Under the pieces are notes generated by a model, which made no database searches, was not told the origin of the DNA, and worked only from the letters and a program-made list of their open reading frames with translations. Both the position numbers and the translations under genes were made by a program. A stretch of 64,000 bases of DNA, taken from Corallochytrium limacisporum Hawaii (lineage: Eukaryota > Protista > Pluriformea). Location: assembly GCA_002811645.1 (NCBI GenBank), contig PDIP01000002.1, positions 7,683 to 71,682 of the forward strand. The letters run 5' to 3'. Positions within the stretch are counted from its first letter, which is position 1; each line of letters begins with the position of its first letter. Positions 52,664 to 64,000 of this stretch are shown here, one piece after another.

Positions 52664-54373
52664 ATGAATCAGGTGCGTGCCAATATTGAGGCCTTAGCAC
52701 CTGATATGGACGACATCCGGCGACGTGCCGGAGCTTTGGCACCTGACATGAGCGAACTTCGGCGACGGGCACATAAGGTCGAAGAGCAGGTCCTGGGGCG
52801 AGACCTCGCTGACACCAAGATCAGCAAGTACCAGTCCAGCCTTGCGGAGCTGTACAACCCCGGAGAGAATTCGGGAGACCTGCATTTGGACGCAGACGGT
52901 ATGAGCGACCTTGACCCTGATGAATATCTCTTTGGAGAAATCAATCCATACAGCATTCACGAGAAGCCAATCACGGGGAGTGTGTACGAGTTCACCAAAA
53001 CAGCTCTTTTCACAATTTTGCTGATCCCGCTTTGGCGATTTCTGCTCGTAATTGCCTGGGTCATTATCGCCATTGCCACCATCCTCCTGAGTGTACTAGG
53101 CAGTGAACAGAAAGCTGCAGTGAGGGAAATGCCAGACCCTCTGCCAAAGTGGCGTTTTAGGATTCTCCAGCTGACACAGTATATCGCCCGCTGCATCGCG
53201 TTCTTTTTCGGGTTTCATCACATTCAAGTTGTCGGAAAGCCAGATCCCAAGGCACGCATATTTGTGGGCAACCATCGGAATTTCATGGATGTCTTTCTCA
53301 TCCTTGGTAACGTTACATGCATGGCTGTGAGTGCCGCGGAGAACCTGCATATTCCAATGGTTGGCCATTTCTTGCGGGCAACTTCTAGCATATGCTTAGA
53401 TCGTGCGGATCCCAATGCCAAGAAACACTCTGCGGAAATGATAAAGAAAATGTGTGCCATTGGCAAGTATCCGCCTCTGCTGGTGTTCCCGGAGGGTACA
53501 TGTACAAATGGCAGCTGTCTATTACAGTTCAAGGCAGGAGCTTTCCTACCGGGACTCCCTGTGCAGCCCTTCCTTGTTACGTACGACAACAAGTTCAGTG
53601 ATCTGGGTTGGACGGTCGGGTCGAGTCTGCCGTGGATGATCTACCGGTCCATGACACAGTTCCACAACTATTGCAAGATTGAGTTTCTACCAGTTTACTA
53701 CCCGGACGAGGCAGAGCAAGAGGACCCTAAGTTGTACGCTGAGAATGTGCGACGGGTTATGGCACGTGCCATCGACGTGAAGTTGTCTTCGTACTCGGTT
53801 GATGATACCCTGCTGCTTATGTATGCACACAGCAAGGCAAAGAATGTACGTCTCAATCTGCGCTTTTCCGAGGTCAGCGATCGGTTCTCGACGAAAGAAA
53901 TCAAGGAGCTACTGCAAAAGTTTGTGGCCCTGGACCGCAACAAGGACGGGAAGATTGACTTCAGAGAATTCTGTGACGTCTTCAAGTTGGACGCAAAAGA
54001 TCCTTACTCACGGGCAATGTTCGAGGCCTTTGACCGGAACAACCAGGGCTACCTGGACTTCCGCAGCTTCGTCCTCGGGTTATACTTCTTTCATCCTGCC
54101 GCGAGTCCCAAGGACCGCGTTCGATTCGTCTTCGAAATGTATGATGTCAAGGGAGACCGCATGATCACATTTGAGGAAGCAAACCAATTGGTTCACCGAA
54201 ATGAAAAGGTGAGCAGTCAGAAGGAGATCGTTGGGGCTTTGGACATTCTCTTCAAGGACAAGAAGGCCTTAACTTTGAACGAATTCGTCACTGCCATATG
54301 CTCCCGCGAGGATTTGCTGAACTTGGTGCCAACCACTCTTGAAGGTGTGATGGCTCCGCTCACCAGCGAGTAG
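52664..54373 (+). CDS. Lysophosphatidylcholine acyltransferase LPCAT1/2-like with C-terminal EF hands
   Basis: NHRNFMD (HX4D), FPEGTCTN, FK.GAF.PG.PVQP, EF hands DRNKDGKID, DRNNQGYLD, DVKGDRMIT. Confidence 0.93.
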   Translation: MNQVRANIEALAPDMDDIRRRAGALAPDMSELRRRAHKVEEQVLGRDLADTKISKYQSSLAELYNPGENSGDLHLDADGMSDLDPDEYLFGEINPYSIHEKPITGSVYEFTKTALFTILLIPLWRFLLVIAWVIIAIATILLSVLGSEQKAAVREMPDPLPKWRFRILQLTQYIARCIAFFFGFHHIQVVGKPDPKARIFVGNHRNFMDVFLILGNVTCMAVSAAENLHIPMVGHFLRATSSICLDRADPNAKKHSAEMIKKMCAIGKYPPLLVFPEGTCTNGSCLLQFKAGAFLPGLPVQPFLVTYDNKFSDLGWTVGSSLPWMIYRSMTQFHNYCKIEFLPVYYPDEAEQEDPKLYAENVRRVMARAIDVKLSSYSVDDTLLLMYAHSKAKNVRLNLRFSEVSDRFSTKEIKELLQKFVALDRNKDGKIDFREFCDVFKLDAKDPYSRAMFEAFDRNNQGYLDFRSFVLGLYFFHPAASPKDRVRFVFEMYDVKGDRMITFEEANQLVHRNEKVSSQKEIVGALDILFKDKKALTLNEFVTAICSREDLLNLVPTTLEGVMAPLTSE

Positions 54374-55370
54374 GGACATTACGTCGTTACACTCACCACT
54401 TACAAAACAAAACATCTGCCATCACATCACAACATCTTCCAATACATTCCATGTTCCATGTTTAACTCTGCTATTGGCAACTGCACCAGATGCGCTCTAT
54501 CGTCCCTGCACTCAACACCTTCCTTTTCTGGTGCGTTTATGGTACTAGGACTGCGCAGATTTCTTCAATACGGGAAAGTATCGCAACCCGATGGGGCCGC
54601 CTTGAACCACACGGTTTGCCCAGAACGGACAAATGGGGATGAAAGGTTAGTTTCCGAAAGGCCATATCCGAGAAATAGAAGAGAGCAAAACAGAAGCGCG
54701 AAGCTGAAATCCCAGTACTGAAAGTACGGAGCCGATTCCCTCTCTCCCCAGATGTCTTGTCCGTTGTATCCTGCTCCCAACTCGCTGTGCACCGAGGCCC
54801 GAGCAACCGTAACTCCATTTCTCAGCTCTGCTATGGCCGGACGGCGCGCCAAAAATGACGGAAGGGACAAATCGAAAACACAGCGACCTCCATTACTCCC
54901 TTAACCTCTTCCGGAGTCCACCACGCCCTATTGTCGCCTGCAAGACCCAGTAGCCAGTTCCACTTGTAAGGAGAATTATGCGGGAAAATGGGACCCTTTG
55001 CAACCATAGTCCTAAGGTTGGTGGTTTGTGTCCAGCAACCATTCGGAAACACATTTGGCGCAATAGGCACGCTCGAAAGAGAGACATTTCAGAGACTTGT
55101 CGATATATTGATGAACGATTGCCTCAATTATAGTTTTGGACACGTTCTCAGTCGTGAGTAGGGTCCTTAAGTCCGAATCTAATGGCGTACAGTAGCAACA
55201 AGGAATTAACGACCACGTCGTAAATGTGCAATACCCAAGTCGTTCTTTTCAAAAATATCTTTGCAGCAAAATAAGCGAGAGTACGGGATACAAATTGAAA
55301 CATGGGGACCTAACGTGCTCATAACAGGCATTTGTGTTTGATCTAGCACACTATATAGTACAGAACAAAT

Positions 55371-58300
55371 ATGTCCTGGCAAGGCGGGAACGAAGGAAAT
55401 CCTAATGCTGGACAAGACTGGTCTAACATTGGTCTCAACGACAACACTTTCGGGCTGGGTGATCCTTTCGGGGCTGAAGGAAATTTTGGTAATCTGCCGC
55501 AGGGAAATAACCCGTCTTTGATGGGAAATTCGTTACAGCCTCTGGGAGGAACCGGAAATGAAAACGGTACCAAGGCATGGAACAATCCAAATCCAAACGC
55601 GCCACCACAGATGCAAAATGATTTGAACAGACTCCAGAACCAAATGCCATATGGAGTCGATTCAACATCGGCAGGACTCATGCAGCAACAGATTCAAGGC
55701 ATGCAGCAACAGATTCAAGGGATTCCCCAGAGAATGTCCCAGTCTCAGGCACAGCGGCCGGTGGGTCGAGAGGCCAATGGGCTAGATTCCGGGATGTGGG
55801 GTTCTCAGCCGGCCCGGAGATCACTGCAACAGCCATTTAGTCAAATGACACCTTCCATGCAGCCACCAGTTCCTCAGGCTCAGGGACCTCAGCCCCCGGT
55901 TCCTCAGTACCATCCACCGCCGCATCAGCAGCAGCAGCCGCCGCAGCATCAACCACAACCAGCACAACAGCAGCAGCTTCAGGCAGCACAGCAATTGGCG
56001 GCTCATCAGCGGCATCATCAGCTTCTACAGCAGCAGGGACTAATGGCTGGGATGGCTGCGCCGCCGGGAATGTCCACTGGCACGAACACGTGGGGTCTTG
56101 GTGGTGGTATGGGTGGCACGGGCCCGACGCGTGCATCGTATCCACAGAACGGTGGTGGACCCCCCGGCTTCAGTGATATGTCCGAAACTGTGCAAGTAGG
56201 ACCAAACTCCTTCCCACAGCAGCAAGCACAGCAGGAGTCCGTGGGATCTGGCATTCCCGGATTTGGGCAGCAAGCCCCTGCTGCGTCGAACTTTGGTGGC
56301 ATGATAAGCAACGGCCCTGGTGCCAATCTTGATCTTGGTGGCACAGGTAAGATGTCCCCACAATCGTTGGAACAGAGCAAGATGGGCCTTGACCCGGACG
56401 GAAAGCAGTCAGCAGCCCCTCCAGTAGCGACAGCCACTGCATTACCTCCCCAGGAAGGGCATATTTCGTCGAGCCCAACGGGTAACAAAAGTGTGCCGAC
56501 ATCACAGTCAAGAAGGTCATCACAATCGAGCACTCCGAGGGCAGAGTCAAAGAAAAAAGCGGAAAAGAAGCCCGCCATTCCATCGGCCAGGGCAAGTGTG
56601 GACGAAGCCACGGCGGCCGCTGCGGCAGCAGCGGCAGCGGCAGCGGCAGCAATGTTTGCTGTCCAAGTGGGAAGTCCCGGTCCGGAAGAGCTGGTTGAGG
56701 CTACCACTGCAGCCTCCGCCGTGTCCAAGCCAAAGAAGAAAAGGAAGTACACAAAGAAAGCCTCGGAGCCCGGCATGGAGGACAGCGACGATGAGGACTT
56801 CTTGCCCGAAGGCATGTCCTCCGGACGACCTCCAGGTAGACCTCCAACCCGCGGCAGAGGTCGTGGGCGCCCAAGAGGTGGACGCACACCCGGCCGGTCG
56901 TCCGGTGCGGGCAGCCCTAGCCCAGACGAACAACAAGCCACGACCACGCGGACGCCGGTGTCTTCAGCCGCGGCCACCCGCGAGGCAGTGGCATCCGCAG
57001 CACGCGATCTGCATAACAAGCCACTGCCGAAGCCGCAGCTGTTAAGCAAACAAACATTCCCCCTCAGGGGGCTGCCGGTGCGGGCACGGTTCGCTCCGGA
57101 TGACCAGAAGATCATCAAGAGGCCACCACAATTCGACATGAAGGAATTTTACTTCCTCATGGCACATTTCCTTCGTAGCAGTTCTTGCACGAAAACTGCA
57201 CAGGTGTTTGAGCAGGAACTCAAGGACCAGAAGCTGCTCGGTTCACGATACACTTGGACCGGCGAGTCCTGTGCGCAGTCCTACAGTGAATACGCTAGTG
57301 GCTATCCTTACATTGCACAGAACCATCTGACGCAAGTTTGCCAGCAAGCTATTGATTTGACCAACCAGCACTATCCTCAGCCCGGAGGTGTGATATCGAC
57401 TTCGCTGCTCGGCAGAGGGGACAACAGTGTGCTGCGCCAGCGACAGCCAATTGATCGACGCAATGCGATGTCGAGGATAGAAAATATTATGCAAACTCAC
57501 ATTCTACCCTCACTACAGTATGGACAGATTGGCTATAAATTGCCAAAGAAAGCACGCAATGATCTGCTGATCCTGGGAAAGCAGCGGCGACTGTCCAAGA
57601 TCTTGGGTCACTATGCCGAAGTGTACTGCATCACGTTCGACCAGACAGGCACGCGGCTGATCAGTGGTAGTGATGACAAGCTCATTAAGGTCTGGAATGT
57701 GAAAACCGGCTACCTCATGAAGACCTTGCGTGGTCACCGTGAGCCTATTGCCGATCTCAGTGTGTCCATCGACAACAAGTTCCTTGCGACAGCAGACATG
57801 GGCGGCAGCGTGCGGATTTGGAGCATGGAAAATGGCCAGTGCGTAAAGCATTTTGTGCACCCGGGCAAAAAGGCAGCGGCGTTTGTACAGTTTTGTCCGT
57901 CAGTGGACCCGCGACTGCAGTATCTGGCCAGCTGTGGGGACGATGGGGTTTTGCACCTGTGGTATTTGGGCGACCGTCCCGACCTCGGACACATAGACAT
58001 TGATGCCAAGGTTAATCCGCGCACCAAGACCCACTTTGCCAGTTTCTCACCTGGCGGTGCCTTCCTGGCGGTCGGTACCAGCGATGGCTATTTGCGATTG
58101 ATCCAAATGACCTCTAATAGTGATGAGGTTGTCCACGACGATCGTCCAAGGTTGATATCCACTATTGAAGCCCATATGGAGCAGTTGACGCTCGTGAAGT
58201 ACGCAAAGAAGACTTTTAGGATTCTGACCGGCTCGAAGGATGAAACTGTGGCCATCTGGCGCTACGAGGGTGGCATGTGGACTGTGGTGCGTCTGCGCCT

Positions 58301-61271
58301 GAATCAGGACAGTGCAACTGCAGACGCAGGCCTGCCCGGAAATGAGGAGACTGCTGTGACCTTAGTGGATACCACAAAGGGGGGACACTCTGTGAAAAAG
58401 GACAAGAAGTTTGCCTGTGCCTTTGCCGCATGGTCCAAGTCCGACAAGTACGTGATTACGTCAGCCGTGGCCGATTTTGCTATCAAGATATGGAACCCAG
58501 ATAATGGTGATCTGTTGCATAGTTTGGATGGCCACGAAGACACAGTCTACAATATTGACACTCACCCTCACGATGAGCGCATCTTTGCAACTGCCGGTCA
58601 CGACGGCGTTACTGCGCTTTGGAATGCGGAGAAGGGACACCTCCTGAAGGCGTTTGATAACAATGACCTGAGCTGGGACACTCGCCGTCAGCTGCTATTC
58701 GACATGACATTCTCTCCGAACGGTCGAGACTTTGCCACTTCAGACATGAGTGGCCATGTGTGCTTTTATGGTTTCGGCGAGGATAGCCCGCTAAAGTCGG
58801 CACCACACGAGCAGTTCTTCAACTCTGACTACTGGCCCCTGGAATTCGAGGGCGACGATGAGATGCCCGTTGATCAGCAGACCGGAATGGATCCGTACCG
58901 CATGATTCAACCCGAGTACAACATACTGGTCGATGCGCAGGGCAATCCTGCCGCCCACCAACCGCAAGTGGTATCAAATCTGATCCCGGAAGAAACAGAA
59001 GCAGCTAACGATGCCCGGGCAAAGGAGCAGGCAGAGATTTTGAAACACGAGCTCAAGATGCACAGAGACGAGAATCGGCATCGAGAGGTGGACATGGTGG
59101 CGCGCAGAAGGGCAACGCAGTCCTTTGCCGCGTCAGCGGATCAGACCCTGGCCATGGACACTGGCTCTGGGCCCGCAGCTGCAACCACCACATCTACCAC
59201 AAGCACTACCGTGTACAATGGCATTGCGGACGCAACCCAAGGATCTACGACCAACAAGCGGGGCATCCGTGCGGCACCGAATTGGCTTGATTATCTGCCC
59301 AGTCCATGGATCATGCAAACGGAGCCGGAACTCAATCGCTACCTCCCGCAGCTACAAGACCGTATCGTATATATTAAGCCAGCCCACAGCGCTTACAAAA
59401 ACTACATTGAGAAGACTGGACACCACGACACCAAATACTTTAAGGAAATGCCTTGGGACAAGCACAAGGACTTGCGTGACGTGGAGGAGTGCGAGGTGGT
59501 TGGTTTGGACTTCCTGGTAGGTCCCCCGACCTTGGTGCATCTGATTCTGCAGGTCGTGGACGGACCCTGTAAGGACAAACAGATTGAAGTGCACCTGCAT
59601 CATGTTGAATCGGTGAGTGATTTTGTTCTACTCAAATCCAAGTACGACCGTGCACGTCATAGTAGATGGTACGAGGGTGACCGCTTCCGTGCGTTTTTAG
59701 GAGGAAAGTGGCGCGATGGAGAGATTGTCGATGCACCCAGTTTGCCCGAACAAGAAGAAGAGTCCTTCATTCCTTGGGAGAAGCTCAATGTCCGGTGGGA
59801 CGGATCGGAAAGAGAAGAACTTCTGAGTTTCTGGGAGGTAGAGCCGGGCAATGTGCAGGAGGGCCGTGAACGGTTCCTAGCTCTCGAGCAGCAAGCGCCC
59901 GGTATCCCGGCGGAGGAACGGACTGAGATTTACCGACGACTGCGGAATATTAAGGGCAACTTGGCTCATCGTGGATTTATCGAGGACGTACCCTTCAAGG
60001 CCTACAAGACCTACTGTCAACTGGTAGCATACCCGATTTGTGTGAGTCGCATTATTGAGCGGGTCAAGCACATGTACTATCGTTCTGTGGCAGCCCTCGA
60101 GTTTGATTGTCGTAAAATTTACGACAATTCTGTGCTCTATAATCGTGTCGGAGACATCATCATCACTTCAGCGCTGGTGCTTACCCGTGATCTGCTCCGG
60201 GCTGTACACAACAAACCAAAGGAAGGTCTGGGCAGTGTGGTGGAGCGCCTGACACGGAATCAGGCCGGCCCGGACTCCACGGAGGCCATTGCAGGCAGTG
60301 GAGAGGCGGAATCAGCACTGACTGTTGATGCCAAGGGCAAAGTGACCGCTGCTTCGTCTTCAAATGCAGGCGCCTCCGGAGGATCTGATAGTGAGGCACA
60401 GCCTAAGCGGCGGAAGGTAACAAGCACTGAAGGGGAGGCTCCTGGTAGTCTACGGCCCTCAAGTTCGACTGGCAGGGGCCGCCAACGTATACAGACGCGG
60501 GCAGTGAAGCCGATGAAGATGACTAAGGCAATGGATCAACTCATCACCCGTGTCCACCGCCAACTCATGCATCACTCGGACGCAGCACCGTTCCTGAACC
60601 CGGTCAACCCACAGCTGGCGCCTGACTACTACACAGTGATCAAAAATCCGATGTGCATGCAGGAGATTTTGGATAAGTTAGGAGCAGGAGAGTACGAGAC
60701 AGTGAACCAGTATTGCAAGGATATGCGACTGATCTTTCGCAACGCATGGACTTATAATCCAACTGGTCACCCAGTTCACGAAATGGCTACCAAACTTTCC
60801 GACACTTTTGAATCTCTCGCGTCGCACCACTCCATGCCACCGCCGGATGAGTCTGAGACTGCACCTGGCCGGCAACCGATTGCGCCAGAAGTCTTTCCCC
60901 AGGAAGAGATTGTGGCCCTGCATGAGAAACTCATGGACCATTCTGTCGCCTGGCCATTCCTTGAACCCGTAGACTGGAAGGCTTTGGGCATTCCAGACTA
61001 TCCGGACATTGTTCACGAGCCTATGGACTTTGGCACCATAAAGTCACGGCTGGACAAGGAAGAGTACGCGTCGGTTCAGGACTACATTGCGGATGTCCGC
61101 CTTACGCTGGAGAATTGCATTCTGTACAATGGTGCAAAGCACGAATTCAGCCAGATGGCTCGGCAATTGCAGGACTTCTTTGAACCGCACATTGCTAAGT
61201 ACGCGGCTGGTTCGGTGAAACGGACGCGGCACGGACGGACTGTGAAGAGGCAAAAGTACACAGAGGACTAA
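55371..61271 (+). CDS. PHIP/BRWD-family WD40 and bromodomain chromatin protein
   Basis: EFYFLMAHFL LisH-like segment, GH...VYC..FD.TG WD40 propeller, EQFF.SDY.PL, YLPQ..D...Y...H, Tudor-like W..GDRFR, three bromodomains; Q/P/G-rich N-terminus and GRP AT-hooks. Confidence 0.93.
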   Translation: MSWQGGNEGNPNAGQDWSNIGLNDNTFGLGDPFGAEGNFGNLPQGNNPSLMGNSLQPLGGTGNENGTKAWNNPNPNAPPQMQNDLNRLQNQMPYGVDSTSAGLMQQQIQGMQQQIQGIPQRMSQSQAQRPVGREANGLDSGMWGSQPARRSLQQPFSQMTPSMQPPVPQAQGPQPPVPQYHPPPHQQQQPPQHQPQPAQQQQLQAAQQLAAHQRHHQLLQQQGLMAGMAAPPGMSTGTNTWGLGGGMGGTGPTRASYPQNGGGPPGFSDMSETVQVGPNSFPQQQAQQESVGSGIPGFGQQAPAASNFGGMISNGPGANLDLGGTGKMSPQSLEQSKMGLDPDGKQSAAPPVATATALPPQEGHISSSPTGNKSVPTSQSRRSSQSSTPRAESKKKAEKKPAIPSARASVDEATAAAAAAAAAAAAAMFAVQVGSPGPEELVEATTAASAVSKPKKKRKYTKKASEPGMEDSDDEDFLPEGMSSGRPPGRPPTRGRGRGRPRGGRTPGRSSGAGSPSPDEQQATTTRTPVSSAAATREAVASAARDLHNKPLPKPQLLSKQTFPLRGLPVRARFAPDDQKIIKRPPQFDMKEFYFLMAHFLRSSSCTKTAQVFEQELKDQKLLGSRYTWTGESCAQSYSEYASGYPYIAQNHLTQVCQQAIDLTNQHYPQPGGVISTSLLGRGDNSVLRQRQPIDRRNAMSRIENIMQTHILPSLQYGQIGYKLPKKARNDLLILGKQRRLSKILGHYAEVYCITFDQTGTRLISGSDDKLIKVWNVKTGYLMKTLRGHREPIADLSVSIDNKFLATADMGGSVRIWSMENGQCVKHFVHPGKKAAAFVQFCPSVDPRLQYLASCGDDGVLHLWYLGDRPDLGHIDIDAKVNPRTKTHFASFSPGGAFLAVGTSDGYLRLIQMTSNSDEVVHDDRPRLISTIEAHMEQLTLVKYAKKTFRILTGSKDETVAIWRYEGGMWTVVRLRLNQDSATADAGLPGNEETAVTLVDTTKGGHSVKKDKKFACAFAAWSKSDKYVITSAVADFAIKIWNPDNGDLLHSLDGHEDTVYNIDTHPHDERIFATAGHDGVTALWNAEKGHLLKAFDNNDLSWDTRRQLLFDMTFSPNGRDFATSDMSGHVCFYGFGEDSPLKSAPHEQFFNSDYWPLEFEGDDEMPVDQQTGMDPYRMIQPEYNILVDAQGNPAAHQPQVVSNLIPEETEAANDARAKEQAEILKHELKMHRDENRHREVDMVARRRATQSFAASADQTLAMDTGSGPAAATTTSTTSTTVYNGIADATQGSTTNKRGIRAAPNWLDYLPSPWIMQTEPELNRYLPQLQDRIVYIKPAHSAYKNYIEKTGHHDTKYFKEMPWDKHKDLRDVEECEVVGLDFLVGPPTLVHLILQVVDGPCKDKQIEVHLHHVESVSDFVLLKSKYDRARHSRWYEGDRFRAFLGGKWRDGEIVDAPSLPEQEEESFIPWEKLNVRWDGSEREELLSFWEVEPGNVQEGRERFLALEQQAPGIPAEERTEIYRRLRNIKGNLAHRGFIEDVPFKAYKTYCQLVAYPICVSRIIERVKHMYYRSVAALEFDCRKIYDNSVLYNRVGDIIITSALVLTRDLLRAVHNKPKEGLGSVVERLTRNQAGPDSTEAIAGSGEAESALTVDAKGKVTAASSSNAGASGGSDSEAQPKRRKVTSTEGEAPGSLRPSSSTGRGRQRIQTRAVKPMKMTKAMDQLITRVHRQLMHHSDAAPFLNPVNPQLAPDYYTVIKNPMCMQEILDKLGAGEYETVNQYCKDMRLIFRNAWTYNPTGHPVHEMATKLSDTFESLASHHSMPPPDESETAPGRQPIAPEVFPQEEIVALHEKLMDHSVAWPFLEPVDWKALGIPDYPDIVHEPMDFGTIKSRLDKEEYASVQDYIADVRLTLENCILYNGAKHEFSQMARQLQDFFEPHIAKYAAGSVKRTRHGRTVKRQKYTED
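55680..55721 (+). repeat. 21-bp coding tandem duplication (MQQQIQG x2)
   Basis: atgcagcaacagattcaaggc atgcagcaacagattcaaggg. Confidence 0.85.
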
Positions 61272-61570
61272 GTGATGACATGCAGCCATCACGAAAATGA
61301 ATAAAACCAATGTAATAGTATGTTCCAACCTGTTTACCGGTCAGAGTCACGATTAAATGACACAGAAGACGCTGTGGTTTCCGAGAATGACACTCAGCAA
61401 TATGGGGTTACATGTATTGATGTGTGAATCATGTTAGAATGCGATATGAATTATGTTAAGGAGAAAAATGTGTGAACTTTCCCAAGAGCCAAGAGCACCA
61501 TCCTTTGGTAACCGGAAAAAAAAGCCAAAAAAAAGGTTGGCCAGTTAACAAGCATGTTAAGCAAGGAAAA

Positions 61571-62074
<504 letters not shown>

Positions 62075-64000
62075 TTAAGTACCCCAAGGGTGTTTGACCA
62101 CACTGAACTGCTGTTACCTCCTGCCGACGACACAAAGCATCGCAACTCAGCACGGACAGCGGAAGGGTCGTAGGTAGAGTATACTGTTACCAAAAGCCCG
62201 CCTTTATTACCGAAACCCGCTGCTCCTTGGGTTTGCTGCGGCTTATATTTCAATAAGCACGCACTGTCCTTTCCCTCCCAGTCTTCTCCAGCTACCAGTC
62301 ATCTCTGTGCAGAGCACTGAAGATACATGTGTACCCTATGCCCTTTCCGAAGAGACTAAGTACAGTGGCTATAGACAATGTTTGTGAACAGTTATGCATG
62401 TGCATATGTCACCATGCGAACTGAACCTGCCATGGTCAAACGATAAAGACCCGCACATTCCGTTGGTGACTTCAGGCGCCTGTGTGTCCTTCCTCGCAAA
62501 ACTGTGCGCTGAGGGACTGTTTTGTGGATCCAAAGTCCCTGCTATGACTTGCTCGCTGCGAAGACGGCAACCCCACACTACCGTTTCCCCAACTTCTAGA
62601 AGTGCGTCCCCACTGGGACTCTGCTCTTTTGGTCTACCCTGACCTGATGGTGTAGTTACTTAGTGTACTAGCTATTGGCCTTCCTATATGCTGGACCGTG
62701 GTTCATGGTGGAAGCCTCACATTGCTCCGTTTTCCGCTCTGACTCGTCCCTTTCACCCTACGATCAGTAGCAGTGAGCTCAGCACTGGAAGGCCACTCTG
62801 CTCCGGCGATTCCCCGCCGTCTCCCTCCCCACACCCATATTTCGCGCCCCTTCATCTCAGTTCCTTGGTCAAATAGTGGCAAAGGGGGAACTGGGAACCG
62901 AAGAAATACTAAACCAACAAAACATGTCGCTCCCCTTCTGCCTGAGTCACCCCAGATTGGCTGACAGGAAAAATATGCAAAGGGCACCTTTCCCCCCTCT
63001 TCCGGATTCGACCGTTCGATCCATAAGTCGGCCTCTGAGCGGCCGGTTTTGCAACCACGGTAGATTCGCTATGTTGCGACGTTTTGGCCGGACGGTGTCA
63101 GTACCCAAGGTGTTTGGGTTTGGGTTATTGCTACTGTGCCAAACGTTTGTCTTAGGGACTCCGGAACGTTCTTCAAAGCGAGGAGTCCGAAATGAAATAA
63201 ACAAACACACCGCAAACATGCACCATGGGTCGGCTGCGCCCACAGATCACACCACTTTGTCTGGTTATTGTGTCCGGCATGCTGAGGCGTACGGTCTGCT
63301 TGAACGATTAGGGATGGTGCATATTTTACACGGTGGGGTCATTGCGGAATGATATCGGCTTGAGGAATGTATCCCGTATTTCCCGCTCAGCTGTGAGCAT
63401 GGTACGCGCCCATAGCATGGTGCATAACTTCCGCATCCTGCAAACGATAATGGGCGGTCCCTCTGCCCATATTCCAGCGGGAACCACGAAGACCTGTTTG
63501 CTCACTGTCCTTAGTCGATTGATCGTGAAACACGACAATCCACTCATGGACCGTTGATTTTCAGTTCATGGGTTCTCCATTGTGTCGTTTGCTACAGTGA
63601 ACACAAATCAGAGAAATCTTCATGATTTATTGATTATCTAAGGTCTCGTCTGTGACCTTTCACCGTATTCCGCGCGGTCGGAATCCCGCGCAAATTATAG
63701 TCACTGCTGGCTGGTCCCTCGACCTTTGGATCCGGTGGTCTAGATGGAATATTGAGCGCGACAACACCTGCGCGACAAGTGCCCGTGTCACGGCCGAACC
63801 AGATATGCTTCCAATACACAACAACTTAACTTATGTCCTGAGAGCAGCCAACATTCTTGATCCGTAGACTGGGACATGATAGTGTTGGTTGTCATGGGGT
63901 TCTTAAGGGTACTGCAGCATGTACGTAGTTGGCGACACTCGGGGCATTCAGGGTTACCTCCGGTTTCGCCCGCCCGCCTGACTGGCCGCGGCTTTGCCAG

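Noticed and set aside
56018-57139. 373-aa antisense ORF within PHIP, and similar antisense ORFs over H3, ALG5 and DSD1
   Set aside because: Shadow ORFs caused by codon bias and low-complexity sequence on the coding strand.

Overview
Gene-dense, almost intron-free eukaryotic nuclear DNA using the standard code, with one 276-N assembly gap. It holds about 26 intact protein genes. Only two have clear coding-region introns, and branch points are yeast-like (TACTAAC/GCTAAC). The gene set mixes animal-type genes (nicastrin, ASPP-like, LRR+PDZ, RSBN1/DPY-21-like, BAG6, PHIP/BRWD, MICU1) with genes absent or unrecognisable in animals (nuclear uS19m, NUXM-type complex I subunit). This suggests a unicellular holozoan; an intron-poor lineage such as Corallochytrium is a guess, not a demonstrated identity. 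Two signals lie outside the ORF track. (1) Three decayed gene relics sit between intact genes: an inner-arm dynein IC140/WDR63 N-terminus with two in-frame stops, a truncated cyclic-nucleotide-gated channel fragment, and a TMC channel with two frameshifts and two stops. Together they are consistent with recent decay of flagellar/sensory genes. (2) The RPS15A intron contains a box C/D snoRNA that combines the SNORD54-type 18S guide and the SNORD2/snR39B-type 28S guide in one molecule. All family assignments come from recalled motifs; no searches were run.
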